In this document: one piece after another, positions 1 to 13,090 of the stretch | Position numbering within the stretch: position 1 is the first letter of the stretch | Layout: every line of letters begins with the position of its first letter | From: Octopus vulgaris | Taxonomy: Eukaryota | Length of the DNA: 64,000 nt | Direction: 5' to 3' | Assembly: GCA_951406725.2 (NCBI GenBank) | Contig: OX597815.1 | Coordinates: forward strand, 68,014,001-68,078,000 | Program-made: the position numbers and the translations under genes | Notes under the pieces: model-generated | Told to the model about the DNA's origin: nothing | What the model saw: only the letters and a program-made list of their open reading frames with translations | Databases searched by the model: none

Positions 1-1774
1 CGTGCGCTCGTGCGTTCTATGCACGCGCGAATTAAGCTAAACTTGGATGAAGTTCAATCAAAATTCAATTATTTGGGTTTTAAAATCAAGCATTTAATGC
101 CCTCTATTTTTGCGCTTATGTGTTCCATTTCCTCAATAGGAAGTACGTAGAAGCGTTTCATAAATTTTTGTTGATCAAATAATTGCATTGTTGAATTATT
201 CTTTTAGATCAGTATTTCTCAACGGGGATTTCAGGGAGTCGCTGGCGATGTATCGTGATGATCAAAAATCCGGCCTGCTAAAATTTGGTTAAAGTGATTC
301 AAACTGCAGACTCAACGCAAAATGGTCGCATTTAATTCAAAGCGTTAAAAATGTTATGAAAACAATTGGTATGTGTTCACAAAGTCCAAACGATTAATGC
401 GAAAAAACCCTCCAGGCTACATCCCGAAAATTCATTTCTTTGCCGAATTTCTACAATGTTTACGGGAATTCGTTTTTATATCTTGATTTTTTTATTTTTC
501 ATGCAATTTACGCATGCTCGCACGCGTGGTGAACACAGTTCAGTTCAAACAGCTGACTGAGTAAAGTTCACTATTCAATGCATGGGATAAGGCCTAAACA
601 AACGCATTATCGATTTTTGCACTTGCGAGATGAATTTCGGAACAGAAATAGCGCAGTTCAATTTTCATTCGCCTAAACTTTAAGTGACCCATTTTATGTG
701 GTTCTACGATTTGTTGGCTAGGAGATGTGCCGGGAAGTTAAACACACAGACACACAAGTTGAGTATTATATATATAGATAAGTTGCTTCCATAAGGTTGA
801 ATTCGTGAACTGAGCTGACCATCGGAAGCCCAAACACCGAGTTTTCTTGAATTTGCTCCAAGCTTCTGATGACATGGACATGTCCAACGCGCCTACGAAA
901 CTATCAAGGACTGAGTCAAACATCAAATATACATACACAGTATATATATATATAATCCAGCGTAGATGTGTAAACCGAGTAATTGGTTTCACAGTAAGCG
1001 ATGAGCCAAAGATCCACACCGTGCTCTAACGTCGCATTTTTGACATGGTTTCTATTGCTGGATGCCCTTCTTAATACTGGTCACTTTACAGAGTGTACGA
1101 AGGGCATTTTTATGAGGCACCAGCACTATAAATGTTGTTTTGGCTCTCGGCAAGACTAAAGAGCTCTCTCAAACCTAAATTTTCTTGTTAGCACTTCTCT
1201 AAAATAATTCCTGTTCGTACTGTTCTCTAAAATAATTCTTTCTTGTTTGTGCTGTTCTCTGAAATAATTCTTTCTTGTTCGTACTCTTCTCTAAAATAAT
1301 TCTTTCTTGTACGTGGTTGCGCCCATCCTTTCCAAGAAATCTCGTTTCTCTTACAGGACACCCCATTGCACTTACCTGAAATTCCCGCTTTCGTACTGGT
1401 AGTCTCCTCTCTTATATCGGTAATATCGCCCCAACTTTTCTTTGTCTCTGGATTAATCCAAACAGATAGCAGCCCACTTAATTTAACATTGGCATATTTA
1501 TATTCATTTTTTATTTCTATTTATATCTGCAGCATCAGTTACACTTATATCTACAATGTTCATAACGCTTATATTTACAACACCCAAAATACTTTCATTT
1601 ACAATGCTTCCTTACTCTCATCCCGCAGTAGAGGCAACAATTTTAACATGTTTGAATGACGATAGGTTAAAAGCGAGAAGAACCGATGTGACGTCTATCA
1701 AATATGGAAACCTTTTCAGGTGCTGAATAACATCTCTCCTTCCTATGTTTCCTCCCACATCCCTTCCCCAGTTT

Positions 1775-3600
1775 TCAGAGTTGGCACTGTAAATGTAGGT
1801 CTAGCGAGATTGTAGAGATGCCTGAACTGAGGCGTGTTGATGTATGCTGCATACAAGAGGTAAGGTGAAGAGTTTCAGCCAGGGTCCTTACAGGTAATGT
1901 ACATAGGTATAAAATCTGGGGAAGTAGTGACGGAGTAGTGGGTGTGGGCATACTTCTTGCAGAGAAATGGGTGGATAAGGTCATAAAGGTAGTCAGGGTG
2001 TGCGACACTGTTTAAACTCAAGTTAGTCTTACAGAACGGTATAGCTACAATTATCTCTACCTACACTCCACAAGCAGGCCTACCAAATGAACAGGACCAC
2101 TTTTATGATATTCTTCTGCTGGCTACCTGAAAGACGTGACATGATCTCATCTTTGTGACTAGAGATTTTAATGGGCATGTCGCACGGCAACCTGGTATCT
2201 TCTATGGTATACATGGGGTCCATGGAATTGGTTCCAGAAACGAAGAGGGAAATAGTTCTGTGATGCAAATAACCTATTGATTTGCAAACTTCAGGAAGCC
2301 AGCCGGCCACCTCATAACCTATCAATCAGGTGACTCTGCTAGCCAGATTGATTTCATTCTCACCAGACAGCAGGATGCATATTTGCTCTTAAATACAAAG
2401 ACCCTTCCTGTTGAAGAATGTAACTCCCAGCATAGACTAGTTATTAGTGACTTTTAACTCGAGACCAGAAGAATGCCAAGAAGCAGACCAATCTGGAAAA
2501 GAAGGATTTGGAAGCTTAAGAACCCTCCACATCGTCAAGAGAATTAGGAACAACTTCAGTGAACCCCTACTTCTACCCTGAATTCTTCACTATACTCGTT
2601 GCCAACCCTCACTTTACTGACAGCATTCCTGTACAGGGCTTGTACAGCTCTTACCAACCACTCGTCTATCCTTATTTTCCACACTGACCACCAGATAAGG
2701 GATCGAGGGAACCTGTCAAAAGCTTCCCAAGTCAACAAAAGCCAAGTACAGAGGTTTATTTTCGACTAGGTGTATCTCCTGCAGTTGTCTTACCAGAAAT
2801 ATAGCATGTGGTGCTTTTACCGAGCACAAAATCAAACTATCTTATCTAGGCTAAATCTCCCTAATTAGTTGGGCTATGATCCTCTCTGTAACTTTCATCA
2901 CCTGATCCAACAATTTGATATCCTTGTAGTTATTTCTCAATGACTGGTGTAGCAGCACCATAGTCAACTACTACAAAGGTAATGGTGATCCTTTAGATAG
3001 TAGTTGATAGCTTCTGCTACCTAGGTGACCAAGTCTGTAGTGGGGGTGGGTGCTCTGAGAGTGTAGCTGCTAGAATAAGAATAGCCTGGGCAAAATTCAG
3101 AAAGCTCCTACCTTGGAAAAATTGGACATAAGAAGCATTAGATGTGGTGTACAAGAGACGACTACGCTGGTAGGGTCATGTGTTGCATATGGATGAGGAC
3201 AGCTGTGTGAAGAAGTGTCATATCCTTACAGTGGAAGGAACCTGTGTAAGAAGTAGACCCAGGAAGACATGGGATGAGGTGGTGAAGAGACCAAGACTTT
3301 TGGAGGTATATTGTGATTGAGAAGACCCAGCAAGTAAAGTGAGATCGCAGCCATGGCCGATGCCAGTGTTGTATAACTAGCCCATTTGAAAGTACCCTTG
3401 AATCGTCGGGCAACATGATGTACTTGAGAAAACCTGTTGAGTCAAGTGAAATCGAAATTGTAGTCGTGGCCAGTGCCACCTGACTGGCACCCATGCTGGT
3501 GGTACATAATAAGCACCATGTGAAAGTCATAGATACCAGTGCCCCCAACAGGCTCCCGTGCCAGCATGGAAAGTGGACGCTAAACGATGATGATGAATAA
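1775..3600 (+). mobile_element. Decayed, internally rearranged RTE-clade LINE (APE endonuclease +, inverted RT piece 2556-2937, RT/3' fragments +)
   Basis: EIVEM...VDVCCIQEVR...GVGILLAEKWVDKV on +; AFDRFPRSLIWW...VEVGVH on -; 3' pieces align by eye with the LINE at 49.0-51.4 kb; ends in (gat)n. Confidence 0.85.
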
Positions 3601-4942
3601 GTAGAGGGATATGAAAGGGCCAGTGCAGGACAGGTTTCTTGCTGAGAGGAGCAACATGACTAGCCACATTTTCGAAGCAGGGGAGTGATAGAAGTGGTAT
3701 TGAGGTGAGAGAGAGGACCTTCAAACAGAATCTCATTTCTCCTCCCCCATAAAAATCTAAGGCCTTTTATCTATGAAAAAAATTATTTTGCAAATTGGGT
3801 AAGTGGTGTTGTCAATTCTGATTAACTACAAAATTCAGTTAATTGTATAACTTGCCTAAATACCCACCTATTTAGCTTCATATCTATACTAAATTGACTG
3901 GTTAATTACATATACATTTAACCAAAAATTTATTTGCATGAGATATTTTCTCAATCTTTATTGTAGATAAAATATGTGAAAAGATAGTTTACACCCGAGA
4001 TCCTCCAAATCTGACCAACAGCTCTAATGACAACTACAAGGTATATGAAACTAGACTGTACTACAGAGCCCTTCCAGATGGTACCCTTGCCGTCTTCATC
4101 ATTGTTTCTTTCTAAACTGGAATGGGTTGGATAGATTTCCACAGACTGGGTCAACACATATTCAAGGGACACTGCTCGTCTAAATGAGACAGAAGACTGC
4201 ATCTCATTTGTTTCAATGCTGATATGATTTCTATGGCTGGATGCCTTTCTTAATACCAACCACTTTACAGAGTGTACTGGGTGCTTTTATCATTGTATCA
4301 TTACTAGGGAAGTGTCTTGCCCTCAAACAAGACTAAAAGATCCTCAACAAGCATAAAGTTTACATTAAATTGTAGAACAGTCATCAGACTCTCACCATCA
4401 TCAATTCTTTCTGGTACAAGGAATGGTTTTACAGCAGAAGATGTATTGGCCCTTCTTGTTATGATAACAGAAGAATGTGATCCAGGCTGATAATCTAGAG
4501 AGTTACACGATAAAAATGGATGAACTGGTTTCCTCATTCATGAATGATGATTCAGGATGATGGTGAAAATGATGAAAATAATGATAATGATGAAGATGAT
4601 ATGGCACAACCCTGCCTTGAAAACAGATATTAGACTTGCTCTGGTAACAGTGGAATGATTCTGAGAAAACAAATTAAAATGTTGGACAGATTTTTATTTT
4701 ATTTAAGATTCACAATACTCAACAGCTGCTAAAAATCACATAACATCAACAATTACATGACTGATATCTCAATTTGTCACCCACAATAAGAATTCAGCTA
4801 ATTGCATAAGAATTTCAATCACTGCAGTTATGTAATTAATCATTATCAACTGCACATATTGTATTTGATGGCATGACACGTAGGTACATCAGATGCACCT
4901 CAATTTCGGCAGTGCACTTTCCAGGAAAAATTTTTAAGTGCA

Positions 4943-5163
4943 TTAACCCTTTAGCAGATTACTCTGTCAAATGTTATGCTTATTTCTTCACATTGTTTTG
5001 AATTAATCTGGCATTATCTCATAGCTTTGAGATTTCAACATGATTGTCTAGTTTTGAAATGACACTGTAGGGTTGGTGTGAGAGGCTAGATCTGACCAAC
5101 TTGAACATAAAACAGGTAGAATACTTGGGCCAGATATGGCTGGTTTAAATGCTAAAGGGTTAA
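4943..5163. mobile_element. MITE with TTAA-CCCTTTAGCA termini (piggyBac-like); related copies at about 14357-14575, 38560-38765 and 57250-57437
   Basis: ttaaccctttagca ... tgctaaagggttaa inverted ends; internal sequence shared among copies. Confidence 0.75.
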
Positions 5164-5399
5164 AGCATGAAACATAGATCCAACTTCGCATATAGGACCC
5201 AGGGTGACTTATTGCAATAATTTTTTTTTTAAGTGCATCATATATAGCATTAAATACAGTAAACCCTTTTGACACTATCCAATCTGAGGCTGCCCCTAGT
5301 TATAGTACAAAATTGATATTTTAATATGATCCAAATTAAAACTTCCCATCAAAAGTTCACATTAATTTATGTTCCAAGCACCAGATTACTAATGACAAA

Positions 5400-5787
5400 T
5401 CTATATATATAAAGCTGAAGTTGTCTGTGTGTGTGTGTGTGTGGCAGGTTTGGTAGCCTTCAACTAACACTATCTCCTCCGAGACCATGCAGCGCAAGTT
5501 GACCAAAATTGAGAGTATGATAGAAGAAGGCTTGCTCTTTATTCCATAGAAGAAAAAATTCAAATCAGACCATGTTAAGACCAAAAATTATTTACATCAA
5601 AAAGGTGCTTTTTTTCTATGAAAATCCCTATTTTTTACGATTTTTTTACAGCTGTGTCGCTATTTCAACCAGAAAACTTAAAGAGAATAACAAGCTACAT
5701 AATGCAAAATTTTTACTTTTCAAAAATTCCAATTCTAAAGGGTCAAAAAAAAAATCAAACCCGAGCAACGCCAGGCTATACTGCTAG
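5400..5787 (+). mobile_element. Non-autonomous Helitron nested in another MITE
   Basis: Starts TC(tatatatataaag), ends CTAG with a GC-rich subterminal hairpin-like ccgagcaacgccagg; inserted between A and T; flanks match the uninterrupted aatgacaaagttattttactaaattc seen near 11370 and 31510. Confidence 0.8.
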
Positions 5788-6673
5788 TATTTTACTAAAT
5801 TCTTCATAATTAGAATACCAAAAAGGTTAAAAATTTGGATAGTGTTTAACATTTACAACTATATACTAACATTGTCACAGAAGTATCAACAAAGATTTTC
5901 AAAAGTAATAAACCACCATATTTATTTTATTATATTTTTACTTGTTTTCAGCTGGTTCTTTTCTCTTTTTAATAACTATTATTTGCATTGAATTTCACAG
6001 AAAGTGAAAGTGTTTGGCATAGAATGTTATTTTGTTAAAATAGTAAAATATTTTGTATTCTCAAATGTATATTTAAGTTTTCTCTGCTTGTCAAGATTGC
6101 ATGCAAATTCTGATCTACAGAATTAATCAGTTTAAGATATTATCTACCATTAACTTCAATTACATATTTCTTCAAATTACAAATAAATCTATGCATGAAT
6201 CTACGTAAGAAAAAAACAAAAACGCATGGTTGTCGTTTGTGAGCAAACATGACTTGATTGCATGTCTCATGGTTGCTCCAATCATTTTAGTTGCTTATGA
6301 ACATAGTCTATGAGCAGACATTGACATACTCCTGGGCCGCCTACCCTAGAACTAGTGGAACATCGAGGACGTAAAAGCCAGAGAGATAGAGGGCCACATC
6401 AGCATTTGGCTGGTGTATATTGCAACTGAGAGAAACAGCATGAAATGAAGCATCTTGCTCAAGGACACAACATGCTACACATCCAGGAAGTGAACCCATA
6501 ACCTTGTGCTCTTGAGCCTAACATCTTAACCACTAGGCCACATGTCATAACCTTAGATACTTCACACTATTTAATTAGATATTTATGTATTTACCTATGA
6601 GTATTTTGAAGAGGGTAGGTGTTAAAAGAGGACCCTAGGCACTAGGGTTGCACAACTTCACCCTACTTATAGA

Positions 6674-6679
6674 TTTATT
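6674..6679 (-). promoter_or_regulatory. Candidate polyadenylation signal AATAAA for SHMT
   Basis: First minus-strand AATAAA noticed, about 340 nt after the stop codon; AT-rich context makes chance matches common. Confidence 0.3.
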
Positions 6680-7017
6680 TTTGTATTCACTTATGAGTAT
6701 TTTGAAAGAGTAGAGTTAATATAGGTCCAGATAATCAAATTTATAATAATTCAAATATAATCAAAACAAAAATATTTAAAAAATATATAATCAGGGACTA
6801 CTTTGTACAGGATACAGCAATAAAGAAATTCCATATTTTATAGGTTAACAAACATTTCAGAAGCAAATGCATTGTATATATATTAATCCAAACCATAATG
6901 AAAACTGACAGCAAATGGTAAAACATTTGCTACATGGAGGCACCATTACCATCTGCCAAACTTCATTAGCACTTGCTGTACATCATGTTATGGCAAGTAG
7001 GAAGCAAGTACACCTTT

Positions 7018-7184
7018 TTACAGGTCATCCAAACCAGGCATTGGAAATTTTTCTGCAAATTGTTTCACCTGCTCACGCACATTGGCCACTTTCTTCTGAA
7101 TGTCAGCATCTTTCTCTAAAAAGGCTTTGAACTCTGAAAAACTTGGGCCAGACTTGGAATAGATCTCTTTACAAAGAAGAATAC
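7018..7184 (-). CDS. SHMT1: SHMT coding exon 7 (terminal, 167 nt to TAA; not in the ORF track)
   Basis: Hand translation GILLCKEIYSKSGPSFSEFKAFLEKDADIQKKVANVREQVKQFAEKFPMPGLDDL*, a typical SHMT C-terminus (F-P-x-P-G); acceptor (t)n-cag|; follows an 18.2-kb intron. Confidence 0.93.
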
Positions 7185-7430
7185 CTGAAAAAAAAAAAGG
7201 AAAAATATATTGTTGATGATGTTGTTGTTAGCAGAAAGTCAACCCCTAAACAAGCAGAACTATGATCAAAGGAATTTCTACCATAACCAGCCTTTTAGAG
7301 TTTAGAGATACCTGATACTACCATCTTTAACATGTCCTTTATTTATGACGGTAGTGTGATTTGAGGGAAATTTTGCAGTTATTTCTTGCAGGATGTAAAA
7401 CTTTCTAACAGTCACATGCACACATATACC

Positions 7431-8262
7431 TACATGGTCTGATCAATAAGTATCCAGACTGTTGCCATAGTAATGAAGCTAAAGCACACAGAGTGAAGCC
7501 ACTTGGCACAGATAGACCTTGAACTTCGCTGTGCATGTCCACTAAGTTTTAACATTCTAGTTCACTTCTGCTGTTTACAGCAGTGCTTGGAAGGAAGGTG
7601 TGTAGTGTGTGATCATCCCATTAACCATGACAGAGGAAGTTGAGCAGAGAATCTGCTCAGAGGACTATGCAAAGTTTTCAAAAAGTTTTCATCGTTCTTG
7701 ACACAATCAAGATCTTGTGCAAGTGAAAGCCGAATGTCATTTTGGTCAGCTGAAAGCAGTTTTGGCACAAACTTGGCTGACACACATATCATACCCAAAT
7801 TTTCAGTAATAATGGTCTGAACTGAACCATAATTAATCTGCATTTCCTCTGATAACTCACGGATGGTGATATGATTTCCCCTCACAGTTGCATGTGCATC
7901 TGCAAGGTTTTTCTCAATTCTGCTGGTTGCAGGAATGTTTGTCAATATCAACATTTATTCTGCTATCTTGAAAACATCTGAACCACTCATACACTCCTCC
8001 CCATACACTTTTTGCAACTTTTCATAGGCCTCTGAACAGGTATTGCATGACAACTTTCTCTATCATGGTCAATGCAACAATCACACACTACACACCTTCT
8101 TTCCAAGCACTGCCGTAAACAGCAGAAGTGAGCAAGAACATTATAACTTAGTACACATGCACAGCAGAGTTCAAGGTCAATCTTTGCCAAGCAGCTTCAC
8201 TCTGCATGCTTCAGCTTCATTACTATGGCAAAAGTTCAGATACTTATTGATCAGACCTTGTA
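7431..8262 (-). mobile_element. Mariner-derived non-autonomous element with about 180-bp inverted ends
   Basis: TA-flanked; transposase remnant ITIRELSEEMQINYGSVQTIITENLGMICVSAKFVPKLLS; second copy at 61.5-62.35 kb. Confidence 0.88.
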
Positions 8263-9213
8263 CATTACACAAACACACACACGACAGGCTCTACACAGTT
8301 TCCATCTACCAAATTCACTCAGAAGCCATCAGCCAGTCTAGGGCTACATTCAACTTAGCCTTCCATTTTTGCAGGGTTGAAATAAAGAACCAATCCAGAG
8401 TCATAGCAGACTAACAGAATATGGACATTAGACCAGATGCCTTGCAATATCTATTCCTGTTCAAATCACATTTATCTGTTGCCCAGTTTGACACCATTGC
8501 CTTTTATCTTGAAGGTTTTTAAAGGAACCCACTCTGTTGTAAGCATCCAAGCCAGATCTTCAATTTCAGGATGGACCCTCACTTCAACCCCTTGTTACTT
8601 CTTACCAGTTTCAGAGGCCCTGTAAAGGGTCACGACTGCAGCCTTCCTTTCTGTTTTAAAAAAATGTATACTTCTACATAAGAATTTTTGTCTTTTTAAT
8701 ATCTTCAACATCATTTAACATCTGTGTTCCATGCTGGCACGGACTGGATAACTGGCACTCCATCAGTTTCAATGCTGAAGATTCCAGTTAATCCAATCAA
8801 CAGAACGGCTTGCTCATGAAATTAACATGCAAGTGTCTGAGCACTCCACAAACACATGCACCCTTAACACAGTTCTCGAGGAGATTCAGCATAGCACAGA
8901 ATGACAAGGCTGGCCCGTTTGAATTACATGTACATCTCATTTTTGCCAGCTGAGTGGACTGGAGCAATGTGAAATAATAAAGTGTCTTGCACAAGGACAC
9001 AACATACCAGTAAGAATTGAACTAACAACGTTACAATTATGAGCTGAATACCCTGATCACAAAGCCACACACCTTCACAATGGGTTGGATAGTTTGACAG
9101 AATCCGACAAGCCAGAGGATTGCTACCATTGTGCTCCAATGTCTGCTTTAACAGCATTTCTACAGATGGCTACCCTTCCTAATGTCAACCACTTTTAAAG
9201 AGTGTAACCTAAA

Positions 9214-9712
9214 TATGAGGGTCAGCTGAAAAGTTTGTAGACTGACTAAGATACGCTCATCGAATGTGACCAAATGAGGCTTATTTTTCAACATAGTCCC
9301 CCTTGCAGTCCACTCTTCTTCCATCAGTGATGCAGTGAAAAGGTGAAGTTTCTTCTATCAGTGGTTGCAGGACGTCCAGATATTAGGTCATCTTTAAGAC
9401 TCCCTTCCCCTCCTAAATTCAGCTGCTTACTTTTGCACTGTTGATAAAGTTAGTTAAACCATCATTGTCTAATATAGCAACCATGTCAGTATGAATGTCC
9501 TTAAAGGTTAAACCCTTTTTCTGCAGGTACTTCATAACACCATGATACCATATTTTGTCCAGTTACTTTTGAAGTCTTCTTTGAACAGTCAGTTTACTTG
9601 GAAAGAAACAATGCAGTTGTTAACAAGAAGAGTTGAAATTAATGCATGCAAGATTTCACAGCAGTAGCATCACTCCTTCATAGCTAGCCTATGAACTTTT
9701 CAGCCCACCTTT
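9214..9712 (-). mobile_element. Internally deleted mariner
   Basis: TIRs gagggtcagctgaaaagtt / aacttttcagcccacct; minus-strand remnant ..MKYLQKKGLTFKDIHTDMV...AAEFRRGRESLKDDLISGRPATT. Confidence 0.8.
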
Positions 9713-11489
9713 CAAATTAAAAAGATATGAGGTGAAAAGGTGAAGTTTCTTCCACCCCACTCACTTGTCTCTCTCCTCCATGTCACAGGTGGGGTAAGAG
9801 TGAATGACCCTACACTGCCTTCTTAATAATCACATTCTCCTACCTTCCACCCTTAATTGATAGCAAAACTGACCATTTCTTATCTAATAAATCACAAAAG
9901 ACATTTATTCTGTATCCAGTCCTGGCCATCATCTCACACACACTTATTCACATCAAACACACATATATACACTTTGTTGGCATTAAGTTTTGATACAGTG
10001 ACAAAGAGAGAAAGGAAGAGCAATGATGATGATGGTGGTAGTAGTGGTGGTGAGGATGATGACCACAAGGAAGGGGGAAGATGAGGAGGTGGGGGACCCT
10101 GACATTAATGTGAATGGAATGGTTATTACACTGATACAGCTCTTCCTTCCCACCCAAAACAGTTGTAATCACAACAAATGATGATGGAAAGCGGGGAGTG
10201 GGGAGGAGCAGTGGCAGGAGTGTGGGGTGGGAGGTGATGTTAATGACACACAACGATGATGACACTGAAGCCAAGAAAGAAAATTACAGCAATAGTGATG
10301 GTGATAATGATGGTGACAGCACATTTGCGAGGGTATGAACAGTGACACTGACAGTGATATGGAGAAAAATAAAAAAGGAGGAAGAAGCAGAGGATTATGA
10401 TAGTGATGGTTATGATGGTGATGATGATGATGGTGATGATAAAACTGAAGTGGGGAATGAGGGATGATTATCATCACTGATGCAGACAAAAGATTTATTA
10501 TTATTATCATTATTAATGAAATAATAGACAGTGATGCCAACACAGACAATAATGACGATAAACCTGATGCCTATGATGGCACTGATAATGATAATTCGAA
10601 ACAATCCCACACACCACACATATATACATGGCTCATTGACCACAGACATATACATTCATGGGTCATTGACAAGACACACACACATACACATACATGCCAT
10701 TGACTATCCTGAGAAAACAATGAGTGTTTAAAAAAAGCCAGTCAATAGAACATTTGGCCACAAAAGACCAAAATAACTTATTTCCACTGTGTGTGTGTGT
10801 GTGTGTGTGTGTTTGTAATGCATATGTAATATGTGCCTGTATATGTTGAGATGCATGTATGTATACATACATTATGTGTGCATATGCATATGCCTGTATA
10901 TAACTATTGTGTGTATACATATAATGTGGGTATATGTGTAGAGAAACAGACAGGCAGATAATGTATTCATGTATCTTTTTATTAATTTCAACCAGCCAGC
11001 TGTGGTCATTCCTTGACTTTTCAACCTTGCCCTCAATATTTGATGAATGAGGCCGTTTGACAATGTGGCCCGCATCTTGCCACATAGGAAGTTCAGCAGG
11101 GATTATGAATAGCCTCTAAATCCTTTTTGAAAACATTGACATCCAACTTTGCATATATCCCTTATTTTTAGGGAATCAGCGAAGACATGAGCTCCCTTTG
11201 AACCTGACTGTTGCAACCTCTGCTTTACATAGTCACAACCAAGATGTCTTTCACCATGCCAAGAATCTGTTACTTCCTTTTGTTACCAACCAGCCTAGGA
11301 CCACCCCTGGCTCTGTGACACAAATTTCCACTTTGAAAGGGATAGTTTCATTCCAAACACCAGCTTAATAATGACAAAGTTATTTTACTAAATTCTTCAT
11401 TACTTTCAAAATTAATTGAAAAGCAGGATGAGTATTTCAACAGAAATATAACAAAAGGGCTTATTTTATATTTCTACAAATAACATTAA

Positions 11490-11775
11490 TGTGGTATGAA
11501 GGTGCACGTAAGGTCATGAGCTCAATTCCTGGCAGCGTGTTGCCCTTAAGCAAGACTCAATACTTTACTTTGCTCCAATCCACTCAGCTGGCAAAATTGA
11601 GTAGTACCTTTAATTCAAAGGACTGGCCTAGTCACATTCTGTGTCACTCTAAATGACCCTGAGAACTACGTTAAGGGTATGCATGTCCATGGAGTGCTCA
11701 GTCACGTGAAGTCACAAGCAGGACGTTCCACTGATCAGATCAACTGGAGCCCTTGTCATCGTAACCAACAGAATG
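11490..11775 (+). mobile_element. SINE-like repeat; opposite-strand copies at about 8780-9075 and 6400-6545
   Basis: Shared ttgctcca(g/a)tccactcagctggcaaaa core among copies. Confidence 0.6.
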
Positions 11776-11789
11776 TCAGTTTTTTAAAT

Positions 11790-13090
11790 GTAGTTGAGTG
11801 GTCTTGGTCCTTTATCAGAGTGTTGAAGTTATGGAAGTCCCTAAAATATAGCCTGTTGTTCACCATGATAGCAGTGTCCAGCAAAGCCTACCCTTCATTG
11901 AGCAGCAATAGTAGAGATGTGAGAAAGGTGTTCATAAATCTCATTGGTTTTGTGCTCATGCAATGAGAGGTTTTGAGCCTTTATAAGAAATCTGATGTTT
12001 GTAGTATCAAAGCAATCTTGAAACTCCTTCATTTTCTAAGTTTCTGTAGTACAAAGAAAATTCCGTACCTATACCTTGAAGAAAGCCAGCCTTCATGACT
12101 TCCGAAATACTTGATGCCAGATATTTGGAAGCTTGTTACAAGTACCCCAGCCTTGTCCCTTGCAAGTCAAATCTTTCTTAGTAACATAGGACTCAAGGTA
12201 CTTTGTCACTGACCTCCTTGAATTGTGTTTCTATTGTTAAATGTTTTTCATCAGCATTGATGGTCATATATCCAGTCTTCTTCACATTGGAAAACAGATC
12301 AACTTTGCCTAAAGCATTTTCAAGAGATGTGAACAAGTCTTGTACAACAAACAGTTGATTAGCTGTTAGGGAAAATTCATCAACATAGTCACAGTTAGAA
12401 AGATTCAGGCTCTGCTGACATCTTTGTCCCTTTTGTCTGATAGTGGGGGCCTCTGTTTCGGATGGGGGTCAACACTTTGCCTAAGAATGTAGCCCACCAC
12501 AATCACTAAGGGCTTCTGAAACTTGATGGGTTTTCATTCATGAAAATGATAGCTCTGACAATTTCATTTGAGATACCATAATTCAACAGGATAGACTTTC
12601 TCTGAACATAGCCTTCCTCTGGACACTATCAAAAGCATTGGAAAAAATCTCCAAATGCAATGGATGTTTCTTGCTTGGAGAGCCTGAGCTTTTCTGTGTT
12701 TATTTTAAAGGCAAGGATCAGTGGTAGTCTTCATCTGCCTTTGCAAAAGCCATTTTGGCTATCTTAGGATGAAATTAATGTGCGGGAAAAATTCTATTAA
12801 GTTGTAGATTTTTTTAGGCTAGAGGTAAGAGAGTGATTCTTCTGTAGTTCTGAGGTATGTGAAGATCATTTATTCTAAGTTGAATAGCTGAAGACTTCAA
12901 GAAGGTTGATGGGATGATATCTTGACCTGGTATCTTGATGTTTCTCAACCTTCTTAAGCATTTCTAAACTTCTACGGTAAATGGGCCAGTCTGAATCAAC
13001 AGACTGTTACACTGTGATGAAAGAATTGTCAACATTTAGCATTGCAGATTTCTGTTTTACCAAGAAGCAATTTGTAAGTGCTAAAACACC
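11790..13090 (-). mobile_element. Old, highly decayed LINE reverse-transcriptase fragment
   Basis: Minus strand gives a DF..AFDSV-like RT motif near 12620-12655; many stops and frameshifts; boundaries approximate. Confidence 0.55.

Noticed and set aside
862-909. cuu CUGAUGA ... GAAA cua UC aag hammerhead-like spacing
   Set aside because: Stem II cannot close next to the core (C opposite C, flanks unpaired); may be chance or too decayed to support
9948-10731. His-rich and Asp-rich ORFs
   Set aside because: Low-complexity (GAT/GGT)n intronic sequence with no splice or homology support
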